Shown piece by piece: positions 21,791 to 35,475 of a stretch of DNA of 64,000 nucleotides (positions are counted from its first letter, which is position 1; each line of letters begins with the position of its first letter). The notes below the pieces were generated by a model that saw only the letters and a list, made by a program, of their open reading frames with translations, made no database searches and was not told where the DNA came from. This DNA comes from Hypanus sabinus. Its lineage: Eukaryota. The DNA lies in assembly GCF_030144855.1 (NCBI RefSeq), contig NC_082727.1:36952001-37016000 (forward strand). Reading direction: 5' to 3'. Position numbers and translations under genes: made by a program.

Positions 21791-24656
21791 TTTCAGTCTC
21801 TCTGGTGTGGATGTGAATCAGAGGGTGTGAAGGTTGTATGTAGGTTCACAGAAAGAATTGTCCATACATTGAAATTATGGAGCTGTCTATTGATGTTTGA
21901 CACATAAAATGTCGAGCCCCACGTTGGGCCAGCAGACCTTTCCACCAAAGGCATCTCTACATGATGCCTGCTGTACCTTGTTTTGTCTAATAAAGAAACT
22001 ATTTTGTATCTACCAGTAATTTCCTCTGGTGATTTCATTCACGCAACCACACCCTGGTGCTACATAGACCAGCCTATCTGGGGGACTCCTGACTCTTTGA
22101 GGCCTCCTTATCTCATCATCTACACCTTCAGTCTCAGACACTCCTTGTGATACTTCTCAGGCAGAACCACCTGGGAACACTGAGGCCGGTCCGGAGGCGA
22201 TGTGACCCGGTGTAGAACCTGGTTCCTCAACTCCAGTCTGGGCCATTCTCTCAGTAGTAGAGACACCGCAGAGTGTTTCATCTTTTCTGTTTGGGTCCGG
22301 TCTCCTTTCGCAGTCGCTGAACAAACAGTACCAATACACGGGTCATCTCGCTGACCAGCTGCCACTTCCTTGGGCTCAATTCTGGCAACTGCTCTGTCTT
22401 CAGAGCAGTCAGGTTGCAGTAAGCTTGTGGAATGGCACCATCAGAACCTCCCAAATGATCTACATCTCGATTCTGTCCTTGCCTTTCCTGCACCTTCCCG
22501 TGATGGAAAACTGGCACATGGCTTTCACTCCAATGGCAGGAAAGCGCTCCCACTCTCCATCCCTGTTCAGCCCGTCATGCACACAATGGGACAATGCTTC
22601 GACATCAGTGTTTCTGCTACCCAGACGGTATTTCAAACTGAAATCATAGGCAGACAACGCCAACAACCACCAATGGCCTGTAGCATCCAATTTCGTCGAG
22701 GTCAGGATAATAGTTAACGTGTTGCTGTCCGTCCTTACCTCGAATTTGACACCATATAGATATTCACTTAACTTATGCACAACTGCCCATTTCAATGCCA
22801 GGAACTCCAACTTGTGTGTGGGATAGATTTTCTCTGAGGGAGACACACTCCAGCTGACGAATGCCACAGTTCTCATCCCTGTGCTCTGATCCTGATATAG
22901 AACACCGCCTAAGCTCTCTCTGCTGGCATCTGTGAGCACATACGGCATCCGGGGGTCTGTGAAAGCTCACACTGGCACTTTTGTCAGCAGATCCTTCAGC
23001 AACTGAAAGGACTCTTCATATTTCACATCCCATCTTACCACAAAAGGCTCTGAAGTGCTAAGATAATCTCTACCATCCACTCCTTTCTTCCTCCCTTCCT
23101 TCCCCAATGGAGGGTCAATGCACAGAAGCTGATTTGAAGGGTGATTCACTTTAGAGGAGTCTATCACGAACCTCTGATAGTACCCACAGAACCCAAGGAA
23201 TGAGCACATGGCACTCACAGTCTGTGGTCTTGGCCATGTGGTCACCGCCTCTATCTTTGACGGATCCGTAACTACTCCATCCCGTCCCCAACATAGAGTT
23301 GGCAGAGGTCTTGTAAAACTGGCACTTGTCCGGGGAAAGCTTAAACCCTTCAGCTTTCAGGCAGCCCAGCCCCATCAGTAGCCTCGCTTCATGTTCCTCC
23401 AAGGTGAACCCAAACACTATGAGGTCATCCAGATACACCAATACCTCAAGCAATTTCATATTCCCCACGGTTTTCTCCGTGACACACCGGATGGTGCCAG
23501 AGGCTCCAGCTATGTCCTGGGGCATCTTTCAAAATGGAAGAATCCCAGTGGACATATGCTGTCTTCTCTTTGTTAGGCTCACTCATGGGGATCTGGTAAT
23601 ACCCATCCCTCAAGTCCAGCACACTGAAACACTTCACACTATTCAGTCAGGCCTGCTCGTCCTTGATTCTCGGGTCTGTATGCTGGTTGTGGACTGTATG
23701 CCTGTTCAGAGTCCGATAGTCCACACACATTTGTACCTTCCCCTTCATTTTTCTGGCCACCACTATTGGAGACATGTAAGGGTTTCTGGTCACAGTGATG
23801 AGCCCAGCTTCCTTCAACTTCTGTGTATGCGGCCAAACGTCCTTCACCTCTGCAGGAGCCGGTCGCTGTGACCTTTCTCAGAACGGGGTGTCCTCTGTCA
23901 CCCGAATGATGTGGCGGGTGCCCTTGGAACAACCCACATCAAACTCGTTAGCAAAAAGACATCTTCCAGCTTCAACATTTTCCCTGTCAACCTCTCCTTC
24001 CAACCTCTAGGTACCAGGGAATCCCCAAAGTTGAATGACTCGGCAGTTAACTTTCCTCTTTCCGGAAAGAGTTTCTCCCCGGCTTGTCTCACAACCCCAA
24101 GCCTCACACTCCTCTTTCCCCTTGGGGTGGGCTTCACCCCTCAGAGCGTTCTCAGCTTTTGATAGCGAGGACCCTCAGTCTGTACACTGGGACATTTGTT
24201 CGCCAGAGAGGTAAGGGTGATATTAATTCTGAATTCTCACTCCTCGCTGGGGACTCATTAGACATTTCAAATCAGACCACTCCTTCCCCTCGCTCCTCAG
24301 GAAGGAGAGCAACCTGTCTTTGAAGTCCCCGGCCCCAGCTACAGGAGAGTCAGCTTGTGATTCGGCATGATCGCCTACATTCCCCTCATCCCAGAAAGAA
24401 TGGACAGCACACGACCCCCCCCCTCCCCTGGGACCCCAAAAGGACCAGACAGTTCAACTGCCATTATCTCAGTGCTACTATGAACTCAAATAAAATCCTT
24501 GCCTGCAATTTCATCAAACCTCCGATCAGTCCCTGTAGCATCCACAACCACTTTACGGACAATAGTTTTACCCAGATTTAAACACACAACCCACTGGATC
24601 AATGCTCAGGGCAATTACAAAGCATACAACGATCTCGATCCTGGACGCGTCCCCAC

Positions 24657-25185
24657 TTCTCGACAAAACTTTTCAATTTCAGGGCAAAACCAAAACATAT
24701 GAATTAAAGAGGCATCAGCAGAATTGCATTTATTACAAAGTGGAGAAACATTCAGATAAAAACTGGACAGCTTCTGTTTAGTAATGTAAGCTCTATGAAC
24801 CACTTTAAATTGTAGAAGAGAATGACGAGCACAGAAAGCTGATTTATTAACTCGTTTAAGAATTTTATTCCATCTGTCATCAGAAATCTGACAATTTAGG
24901 TCATCCTCTCGTTTTTTTTTATTTTATCTAAAAAGTCTTGACTAGAATCAATCGACAAGTTATAGATACTTGTAATAGAACCATTAACAAAAGGTTTTAA
25001 ATTTGAAAGATCATTCAATAAATTTTTATCAGGACCTATAGGAAAAGTAGTTAATTGGAAACGTAAGAAATCTCTATTTTGAAGGTATCTTTAAAAATGT
25101 GATTTTGGGAGTGCAAATTTAGTTGACAATTGGTCAAATGAAGCAAGAGATCCTGAGATAAATAGGTCCCAAAAACACTTAATAC
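24657..25185 (-). mobile_element. L1-clade LINE ORF2 C-terminal (CCHC) fragment
   Basis: VHRAYIT..CNKC..ASLIHMFWFCPEI; AT-rich; absent from duplicon A. Confidence 0.75.
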
Positions 25186-26546
25186 CAGTGAGACTTAATT
25201 CAGTGATCAGTAAGTTGTTGGAAAAGGTCTGGGGAGGTTCAATTTATGAACATTTGGAGAGGCATAACATGATGAGGAATAGTCAGCATGGCTGTGTCAA
25301 AGGCAGGTCGTGCCTTACATGCCTGACTGAATATTCTGAGGATGTGACTAAACACACTGACAGAGGTAACGCAGTAGATACAGTGTATATGGATTTCAGC
25401 AAGGCATTTGATGAGGTATTCCATGGGAGGCTTATTGAGTAAGTAAGGAGGCGTGGGATCTAAAGGGACCTTCCTTTCTGGATCCAGAATTGGCATGCTC
25501 ACAGAGGGCAAAGTGTGGTCGTAGATGGGTCATATTCTGCATGGATGTCAGTCTCCATGTGGAGTGCCTCAGGGATCTGATCTGGATCTCCTTCTCTTAG
25601 TCATTTTCATAAGTGACCTGGATGAGGAAGTGGAGGGTTGGGTTAGTAAATTTGCAGATGACACAAACTTTGGGGGTGTTGTGGATATTGTGGAGGAGTG
25701 TCAGAAGTTACAGTGGGATATCGATAGGATACAAAACTGGGAGGAGAAGGGACAGATTGAGTTCAACCCAGATAAGTTTGATGTGGGTCATTTTGGTAGA
25801 TCAAATACGATGGCAGAATATACTATTAAAGGTCAGACTCTTGGCAGTGTGGGGGATCAGAGGGATCTTGATGTCTGAGTCCATAGGGCACTCAAAGCTA
25901 CTGCGCAGGTTGACTGTGTGGTTAAGAAAGGATACGGTTTATTGGCCTTCATCAAACATGGGATTGAGATTAGGAGCCAAGAGGTGATGTTACTGTTGTA
26001 CAGGACACTGGTCAGACCCAGTTGGAGTACTGTGCTCAGTTCTGGTCACTTCACTGAAAGGAAGGAAGTGGAAACTATAGAAAAGGTGCAGAGAAGAATT
26101 GGCTGGACTGGGAAGAATACCTTATGAGAAATGATTGATTGAACTTTACTTTTTCTTCTTGGGGAGGTGTAGGTTGAGTGGTGACCTAATAGAGGGGTAT
26201 AAGATGATGTGAGGCATTGATCATGTGAATAGTCAGAGGGTTTTTCCTAGAACAGAAATGGCTAACATGAGAGGGCACAGTTTTTAGGAGTTGAGAGTAG
26301 GTACAGAGGAGATGTCAGGGGTAAATTTTTACACAGAGTGGTAAGTGTGTAGAACGGGCTGCTGACAACGGTGACAGAGGCAGATACAATAGGGTCTTTT
26401 AAGAGGCTCCTGGATAGGTACATTGAGCTCAGCAAAATAAGGGGCTATGGGTAACCCTAGGTAGTTTTCAGCTCAGGACATGTTCAGCACAGCATTGTGG
26501 GCTGAAGGGCCTGTATTATGCTGTAGGTTTTCTATGTTTCTATGTT
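25186..26546 (+). mobile_element. CR1 LINE fragment, paralogue of 628-1985
   Basis: Collinear with duplicon A; VYMDFSKAFD, GVPQGS, SKFADDT. Confidence 0.9.
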
Positions 26547-27003
26547 AAAGTGTTAGTAAGAATAACAGAAAGAAAAGGGCCCATTCTAATGAAACAGGCA
26601 AATGTGCACAAGGTGCAGCTCATCCTGAACTTCTCTGTTACTCACACGCTGGACCTTCAGTCAGCGAGAAATCACACACCATGTTCTGAGTGTCACTCAC
26701 AATCCATCTCGAATGAGCTGGTCTACCACTGGATCGTTTGCTATGACTGGTTCTCCCCAGCATCTTTTCTCTCCATCTCCCACCCAACACAAGCCCAAGA
26801 CCTACCTTATTGTCCTTCACCAAGAAAACCTCCCACTAATTGAATGGCACACATTCCACAACATCACTTATCTTCATCAATAACCCAAACAGACTGAAAG
26901 CAGAACAAACTGCTCTTACAGATCTGATAAATGAAATACCTACAGTAAAGATGTCAACCAGGGCAGTACTATTCTGACCATAATTGCAGATTGTTTATAA
27001 TTA

Positions 27004-27208
27004 GAAAAAGTGAAAATTATAATTAGTTGAAAACAAATGGTCAGAACAACCAATTACACTGGCATTTTGCTGACATGTAGTTTCTTTCTACAGCTAAGCA
27101 ATGCTGAAGCAGAAAATGCTTCCAAATTGTTTTTCATTGCCTCAGTGTTATCAATAGACTTTGAATTTGAGTTTCTGGTGATAATCAGGAAGTAATGGAT
27201 TGTATAAA
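27004..27208 (+). promoter_or_regulatory. IFIT-B promoter: IRF-E GAAAAAGTGAAAA (27004-27016), ETS CAGGAAGT, TATAAA (27203-27208)
   Basis: AAGTGAAA fits the IRF consensus AANNGAAA; lies upstream of ATGAG|GT at 27311. Confidence 0.65.
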
Positions 27209-27310
27209 GGGTTGTCAGGTCGAACATCAGACGCATCAACGGAGACTCAGCAGACGAAGAACCGCACAAACTGAGAAAGAGCACAAATTGCTTTCCATCC
27301 AACGAACATC

Positions 27311-30300
27311 ATGAGGTAAAGGACGTTTCCTTGCAGTTTATCTTTATGTACAGATTATAAAAAAAAAGATGGTTTACGAAAGTTAGTGGATCATCGTACA
27401 ATAACTTTGAAAAACTGAGAGTGGACACATTGGCTAACATGATGATTGAATGACGAGACTGTAGGGTGATCCCTACGTTACTCTGCTGGGGTGGAAACAG
27501 TGCAGGGAACTGCAGTGCTTTACTGTTATTTTTGTTATTAACATGAATTAAAACGGCTGTAAACACAAGATTTGCATCTGATTCCTGACTTCTTAAGAGC
27601 CTTCTGTACTGTATGATCGCTAGATCCAAGAGCAAGTTGAAGTGATCAAAAATAATCCTCACTCACGGCAGGAGAGGCAAGAGGAGTAGGAGAGTAGGAG
27701 TCTGATGAAGTCGGTTTATCTGCACTTGTCTTCCTCAAACAGGGGTCTTCGGTGGAATACAACTGAGAACACTGACACCATTTGAAAAACTTAGTAGTCA
27801 GTGTAATCACTTTACCACGGATTGATTTCCACGGTAATTTGTAAGGAATGTGGACATTCTCTCTGTGACTGTGTGTGTTTCCTCTGGGTACTCGACTGTC
27901 ATCCTATATTCCAATGATATACGGGTTAGGGTGAGTGAGTATTTGGTGTCAGAAATGTGCTGACACACTTGCCGACTGTCCTACACAATTCTTTTTGATC
28001 TGATATGATGCCAAATGATGCATTTCACTGTATGTTTTGATGTACATGTGACAAACAAAGTTCATCTTTAATCTTCAAAGTTTTAAGAAGTAGGAGTTGA
28101 CTCAACTCTGCCATGCACTACAACCGCGTAGATTTGAGCACGTTGGAGCCTACGGGCTGCATTCAGTACTGAGGTAATACACCAGAGGAACATGCTACTC
28201 TAAACTGTCATAATTTCCAGCCCCTAGCGGCTTTCAGGACAGAATGGAGGAGCTGCATCCACGGTGCGGCAAATTCATCTCCTTTGGGAGGAAGCAGTAA
28301 GCAGAGTTGATCTCAGACTAGGGTTAAAGGTCGGCACAACATGTTCTATGTTCGATGCTGGTCTATGTTCTTTCAGAAGTGTGCAGCAGGATCAGGGGAT
28401 GTTGCTCATGCAATTGTTCTGTGAACTGGTCTGGTAACTCGTAAATTGCCAGACTTCAGTGGACTTCACAATACAGCTTTATCTCACTAATGTTATTGAA
28501 GTTCTCAATCTTCTAGACATTGAGTCTGAGTACTGGTGGCTGTCTGGGGAAAAGCACCACTTCTCTGTACCGAGATCTGGGGCTACACTCAGTCTGCTGG
28601 CAAAAAAACGAAAGTCTGCAATAGTGGGAGAGCTCAACGTCTGGTAATAAAACCAAGTCCACCATCAGTGTAACAAAGCAACAGATCAGCTGCCTTGGCT
28701 GTTCAGGAGACACATTTCCATCTTCATCACATGAATCAATTCTTCATATTGGGTTACTGATCTGAAACATTCTCCTTCCTCAGATGCAGACTGAATGCTG
28801 AGCATTTGCAGGTTTTCAATGCCATAATTATAAAATAAATCTTTAAAAGGCAGCTTTGATACAGTTAGTAAATCTGCTTTTTATGGGATTGCAGGTCAGA
28901 CCTGCTCCAAGTGATGTGAGATGGAATTCATGATTATGTTTTTTCTCTCTTGCAGCAACACTCCGGGAGATTTATTGAAAGAGAAGCTCGATCAGCTGCA
29001 GTGTCACTTCACATGGAGGCCACAGAAGGAAACTATTGACTTGGACGATCTGATGTTCAAATTGCAATATTCTGTGACATTGGGTGTAAAATATCAGGCT
29101 GCATCATACAATCATCTTGCTTTTGTAAACTGTCTGCAGGGTAATTTTGAAGAAGCCATTGAAAACTTAAAGGAAGCTGAAAAGATTCTGATGGAGAACC
29201 ACAAAGATGAATATGAAAGAAGAAGCATCATCACCTATGGAAACTTTGCCTGGGTGCATTACCACATGGGACAGCTGACCGAGGCCCAGTCCTATCTCGA
29301 CAAGCTGGAGATGATCTGTAAACCGCTCAGTGATGGCCCTCGCTATACAGCAATGATACCCGAGGTGTACGGGGAGAAGGGATGGTCATTGTTGGGTTCT
29401 GCTGCTGAATACTATGAGGAGGCAAAGGAATGCTTTGCAAAGGCTCTGGAGCAAGATCCTGAAAACACTGAGTCGATAATGGGATATGCAACCGCACTTT
29501 CTCGTCTGGAATCAATGTCTGGAACCCCAGAGAGTCGTGATCAGAGTCAGTCAGTGAAGCATTTCCGAAGAGTACTGGAACTTGATCCAGATGATGCTGT
29601 GGCCATGGTGCTGTTGGCTCTAAAACTGCAGAGGTTAGGGCAAAATGAGGAAGCAAATGAATTAGTTGAACAAGCATTGCAGAAGACATCTGATTTTCCA
29701 TATGTGCTTCGCTATTCTGCAAAATATTATAGACAAAGGGGATTTGTGGAGAGGGCAATTGAGTTCCTGAAAAAAGCATTAGAATTAACTCCACATTCTG
29801 GTTTCTTACACTACCAACTTGGATTGTGCTACAGAAGTCAGCTGAAATACATTCACAGCAGATATCCTCGCAGTCCTGAATTTCAGCAGAAAGCTGAGTT
29901 GTTCAATCTATGCAAATATCACTTTAAAAAGTCTTTTGAGCACCGTCAAAGGTCAGCTATTAAACCACAACTGGTCTTTGCAGACATCTGCATAACAAGT
30001 GGGGATTATTCCAGAGCAGAGGAGACTTACCGTAGATTGGTGGAGTTAGTGGACATTCGTCCAGAGAATATGCAGAGCATTTGTCTGGAAGCTGGGTTAT
30101 TTGAACTGCACCAGAAAAAATCTGAAACAAATGCTGTTCGCCTCTTCCTGAAAGGAGTGAAAATTGAATATAACTCAGAAGAACGGGAAAAATGTCGCAC
30201 AAATTTGGAGAAGTGGGCAGATAGGAAACTTATAGTTAATGCAAATGACAGCAATGCTCTTGGTGTCAAAGCATTTCTGTATCAGCTGGATGGGATCAAG

Positions 30301-30390
30301 GATAAAGCGACTGAATACTTTGAGAAGGCCTTGGAGTTTGATCCTGCCAATGAGGAATATGTGAGTGCTCTTTCTCAATTACACATCTGA
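27311..30390 (+). CDS. IFIT: IFIT family protein IFIT-B; coding exons 27311-27315 and 28956-30390, 479 aa
   Basis: Intact ORF, ~85% amino-acid identity to IFIT-A by manual count; canonical splice sites; retains EKGW and PYVLRYSAK. Confidence 0.94.
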
Positions 30391-31487
30391 GCACCACTGG
30401 TTTGTTTAAAAGATATATTTCCATCTGATCTCAGGATAGGTTTAGTGGGCTGTTGCTTTAATATTATTGTGTTTCTTTTAAAAATATTATTTCCTCAAGT
30501 ACCCTGAGCAAACTGAATTCAATTGTGCTTCTCTGGACTCTGGAAAAATGGGATTTGGGATACTGCAGCAAGTGGTGTTAAATGAGAAATCAAACATTTT
30601 TCCACATTGGTTTGTTTGACCTATTAACCATTGAATGTATTTTACTTTTCACGTATTCTGATGCATAATTGTAATTAGGGAATGATTTTTAAAAGATGCA
30701 CTTCCATCTGATCTGAGGATAGGTTTGGTGTGGTTTTGCTTTTCCATTTATACCCTCTTAGCACCTTCTCTTACTAATTAGAGTTCGATTTGCAAAAATG
30801 GTCCCTTTTTAGCTGGATCAAACTTTTGTGTTTCTTTTAAATAAATGAATCCCCAAGTACCTTGAACAAATTGAATTTAATTGAGCTTCTCTGGACACTG
30901 GAAAAATGGGATTTGGAATACTGTATCAAAAGTGGAGTTAAATGAGAAATCAAAACATTTTCTACATCGGTTGTTTCAAATTTTAAACATTTGAATGTAT
31001 TTTATTTTTCAAATATATGGAGTTTGATTTTATCTTAAGGATCTTTTTAAATATCCTGTAAGGATGTGTTTTGTTAATTAAAGCTTCAAAGCAGAAGTTG
31101 GTCTTGTCTTGACAAAATCAAATGAAAATGAGCATCAAATCCTTCACAGTATGATTCCAACCTGCGGAGTGTGGTGTTGGAGTGGCTTGGAAGGGAATGA
31201 CCGGGAAGTGAAAATGGAGGGGCTTTGGGGATCACTAATGAAATTTCAAAAAGATAATGTTTTTAACAACAAAATATGATCAGAATTTTCATTCATAATA
31301 ATTAACAACCAAGACAATGTATCTGCAAAACTGCAAACAAGCTTGGGTGTGCACATCAAAAGCAAACACGAGGAAATCTGCAGATGCTGGAAATTCAAAC
31401 AACACACACAAAATGCTGGTGAAACACAGCAGGCCAGGCAGCATCTATAAGGACATGTACTGTTGACTTTTCGGGCCTAGACCCTTC

Positions 31488-33250
31488 GTGATGGCAGCAG
31501 AAAAGGAAGAAGTCAATGAGGGATTGTCTACTGAGTCTCTGTTGGTGGCAGTTAGAATCAGGAAGGGGTCAATGTTCATCTGTGTGTTTTTTATAGACCA
31601 CCCAAGAGTTATAGGGACATTGAGGAGCAGATATGGAGACAGTAATAGTGCAGTAATGGTGCAGTAATAGTGGGGTTGTTATGATGGGAGAGTTTAATTC
31701 CCCAATATTGATTGCCATCTCCCTGGAGTAAGGAGTTTAGCTCGGTGTCTGTTAGGTGCATTCAGGAAGGTTCCTTGACACAATATGTAGATAAGCCTAC
31801 AAGAGGAAGGCTGTACTTGATCTGGTATTGGGAACTGAATCTGGTCAGGTGTCAGGTCTCCCGGTGGGAGAGCATTTTGCAGATAGTGATCACAATTCTA
31901 TCTCCTTTACCATAGTATTGGAGAGGGATAAGAGCAGAAAAGTTAGTAAAGCATTTAATTGGAGTAAGTGGATTATAGGGATGACTTACAGCAGACTAAA
32001 AGGATGAGCATGTAAACATTAAGAAAGAGTATGTGCTGGAGCTTTTGGAAAACATCAAGTTGGGTAAGTCACCGGGACTGGATGAGATATACCCCAGGCC
32101 ACTGTGGGAGGCGAGGGAGGTGTTTGCTGAGCCTGTGGCAATGATCTTTGCATCAACAATGAGGACGGGAGAGGTTCCAGGGGAGTAAAGGGTTGCAGAT
32201 GTTGTTCCCTTATTCAAGAGAGGGAGTAGAGATAGCCCAGGAAATTATAGACCAGTGAGTCTTACTTCTGTGGTTAGTAAGTTGATGGAGAAGATAAATC
32301 CTGAGAGGCAGGATTTATATAAAGTATGATTAGGAATAGTCAGCATGGCTTTGGCAAGGGCAGGTTGTGCCTTCCATGCCTGACTGAATATTTTGAGGAT
32401 GTAACTGTATACATTGATGATGGTGGGGCAGTAGATATAGTATATGGATACTATATAGTAGATATAGTATATGGATACTATATAGTAGATATAGTATAGT
32501 ATATGGATTTCAGCAAGGCATTTGACATTTGAGAAAGTAAGGAGGCATGGGATCCAAGGGGACATTGCTTTGTGATCCATAACTGGCTTGCCCACAGAAG
32601 GCAAAGAGTGGTTGTAGATGGGTCATATTCTGCATGGAGGTCGGTCACCAGTGGAGTGTCTCAGGGCTCTGTTCTCGGACCCTTCGTGATTTTTATAAAT
32701 GAGATGGATGAGGAAGTGCAGGATTGTGTTAGTAAGTTTGCTGATGACACTAATGTTGGAGGTGTTGTGGATAGTGTGAAGGATGTGGAATCTATAGAAG
32801 GGGTGCAGAGGAGATTTACAGGGATGTTACCTAGATTGGGGAGCATGGCTTATGAGAATAGGTTGAGTGAACTCGGTCTTTTCACCTTGGAGCGACAGAG
32901 GAGAGCTGACCTGATAGAGGATTATATGTTGATGAGAGGCACTGATCATGTGGATAGTCAGAGGCTTTTTCCCAGAGCTGAAATGGCTAATGTGAGAGGG
33001 CACAGTTGTAAAGTGTTTGGAAGTAGATACAGAGGAGATGTCAGGGTTAAGTTCTTTACACAGAGAGTGGTTAGTGTGTGGAATGGTCTGTGGGCAACAA
33101 TGGTGGAGGCAGAGGCTCCTGGATAGGTTCATGGAGCTTAGAAAAATGGACAGCAAGAGTTACCCGGAAGTGAATTTTAAAACAAGTAAATGTATGGTAC
33201 AGCATTGTGGGCCAAAGGGCCTGTATTGCGCTGTAGTCTTTCTATGTTTC
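31488..33250 (+). mobile_element. Degraded CR1 LINE, paralogue of 6648-13740 without the Gypsy insertion
   Basis: Collinear sequence; ORF 32572-33126 carries RT motifs. Confidence 0.88.
32430..32506. repeat. Short tandem repeat (~27-bp unit agtagatatagtatatggatactatat) expanded inside CR1
   Basis: About three units here versus about two at 12942-12990. Confidence 0.7.
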
Positions 33251-35475
33251 TGTGCCAATGGATTAATAATGGAACAAGAAGATGGAAGGGTATAGTGCAA
33301 GGATCATGCCTTTGACCGGACCCAGTGCTATACTGATAGCCAAAAGACAACCATGAGCTTGGCTGCTGATAGGTAATAATCCTGTAAGTAAGAGATGGAA
33401 ATCAGATATGGTTATAGATTAAGTGAGCTATTGTCCCATAAAATTTTCAGTGGTGGGGAAGAATGAGAAGGAAGATGCAGAAAAGAGAAAAGAGAGCATA
33501 TGACCACCAGCTCGGGATCCATCCTCTGAAATTTCAAAGAGGGAAGGTGTCGTCACCAATTAACTGGACGCTTGTTCCTCAGTCACCACGGTAGCATAGT
33601 GGTTAGCACAGCTGGGGCATCGAAGTTCAGAGTTTCATTCTGATTCCGTGTATAAGCAGTTTTTCCATTCCTCCTCATGAATACGTGAGTTTCCTCCGGA
33701 TGCTCCGCTTTTCCTCCCTCATTCCAAAGTCAAACCTGTTAGCAGGCTGATTTGTCATTGTAAACTGTCCTGATATCACACTAGGGTTATATGGGTGTGC
33801 TGTTGGGTGGTGAGTCTCATTGGGCCATTTGGGGCTGTTCCATGCTGTATGTCTAAATAAAAGTAAACTTCATTTACTTGTGCACAAGGAGAAGAGTGTG
33901 TCTCCTGTCACCACACTGTTCTGATGTCTGAACAGAGGAATGTCATTTTTATACAGAATTGACCAGCAGGTACAGATGGTGACCATTCCTGGTGGTGAAA
34001 CATTTTAATCCCATTCTCATTCTGACATCTCAGTCCATGTTCTCCTCTTGAGGCCACCCTCAGGATGGAGGAGCAACACCTTACATTCCACCTGGGCAGC
34101 CTCCAATCTAATGGCATGAATATCAATTTCTCCATCTGGGGAGAAAAAATTCCCACCCCTTTCCCTCTTTTTCTATTACCCACTCTGGCCTCTTACCTCT
34201 TCTCACCTCTCCATCAATTCCCTCTGGGTCCCTTCCTCCTCCCTTTTCTCCTCTGGTCCTCTCTCCTATCTGATCGGGTTCCTTCCTCTCTAGCCCTTTA
34301 TCTTTCCGACCCTCCTGGATTCACTGACCACCTTCTAACTGTTCCCCTTCCACATCCCCACCTTTTTTTAAATCTGGCGTCTTCCCCCTTTCCTCACCAG
34401 ACATGAAGAAGGGTGCATCACCCGTGTATCACTGGTCTTCTCATGGGTGACTGGTCGCCACACTCTTTGAGAAAATCAAATTACTCTCGGTGCCACTGAG
34501 CAGTCAGAGGAATCCAGGTGTCCAAAGGAGGCAGTGAATAGAAGCCACACACGTTTGGAAATAAGGTTTTGTTTCTAAGACAAAAACAATACGTATGAAA
34601 TATTTGCCTGAGCAAGAACTATTCAAAATTCCAATGTTTTGTTTAGGTTGCAAATCTTAGATACCAAAACAAATTCCTTTTTAATTAAAATCAGTGAGGT
34701 TCCATTATTACTCCAATCTCTCTAACTCATTGGATCTAGTGTTATTCCCTCTTTACAAACTTACAGACTAAACTTTCCTTTTTACTTATCCCTGGTTAGT
34801 TAGAAAACCAAATACAATTCCTTTTCTCAAGTATTATAGTGAACTCTAGTTTCAGTTCCAGGCAGTATATCTACAAGTTTAAATTCAAATTCAAAAATTA
34901 TATATACACAGTTTAACTCCTTTCATGACATTATAGCTTTCAAACCAAGTAAATCTCATAAAGTAACTCAGCATAGTCTTTCCAAATATAATCAGTTCTT
35001 GCAGAAAATCAAATTCAGATTCTTCGATTGAAATTAAAATTATACATCCAACCCTTCTCCCTAATATGTTCATTCATCTCTCTTTGATTCACCTTCCAAA
35101 AGTTATGCTGGAGACAATTTATAACAAACAAATAAATGATCAGTTGAAGGAAACTGGAGCACACAACCACACTGCTGCAATGCCAGCCCTTAACACTCCT
35201 TGCAGGTAGGTAGGAGCTATGGGGATGTGGTAGATTGACACAGACCCAAGGGGACCAGGCTCGGTCAATGAGCTGAAGTGGTAGACTTGTCTGAAGAACC
35301 TCCCAACATCATGCCTACGGCACTAAAGTTGGCAAGGGTTATGTATTTTGTCCATATTGCAAGGATAAAGGCCAGAAGTGAGATCAGTGGGGAGGGATGA
35401 ATGAACAAGGAGTCGTATAGGGTCCAATCTGTGTGGAAAGCAGAAAATGGTGGTGAGGGAAAAATTTGCCTCCAT

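Larger units (their letters stand above)
21126..26945 (-). mobile_element. Fragmented Gypsy family 2 element: 3' LTR 21126-21592, pol remnants ~22120-24330, gag remnant to 24656, 5' LTR remnant 26547-26945, with nested insertions
   Basis: RT motifs CVDYRTLN, FSVLDLRDGYYQI, VYLDDLIVFG; RNase H motifs TDAS..LGGVLYQ, KLEFLALKWAV, TDSN; LTR-LTR similarity. Confidence 0.8.
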
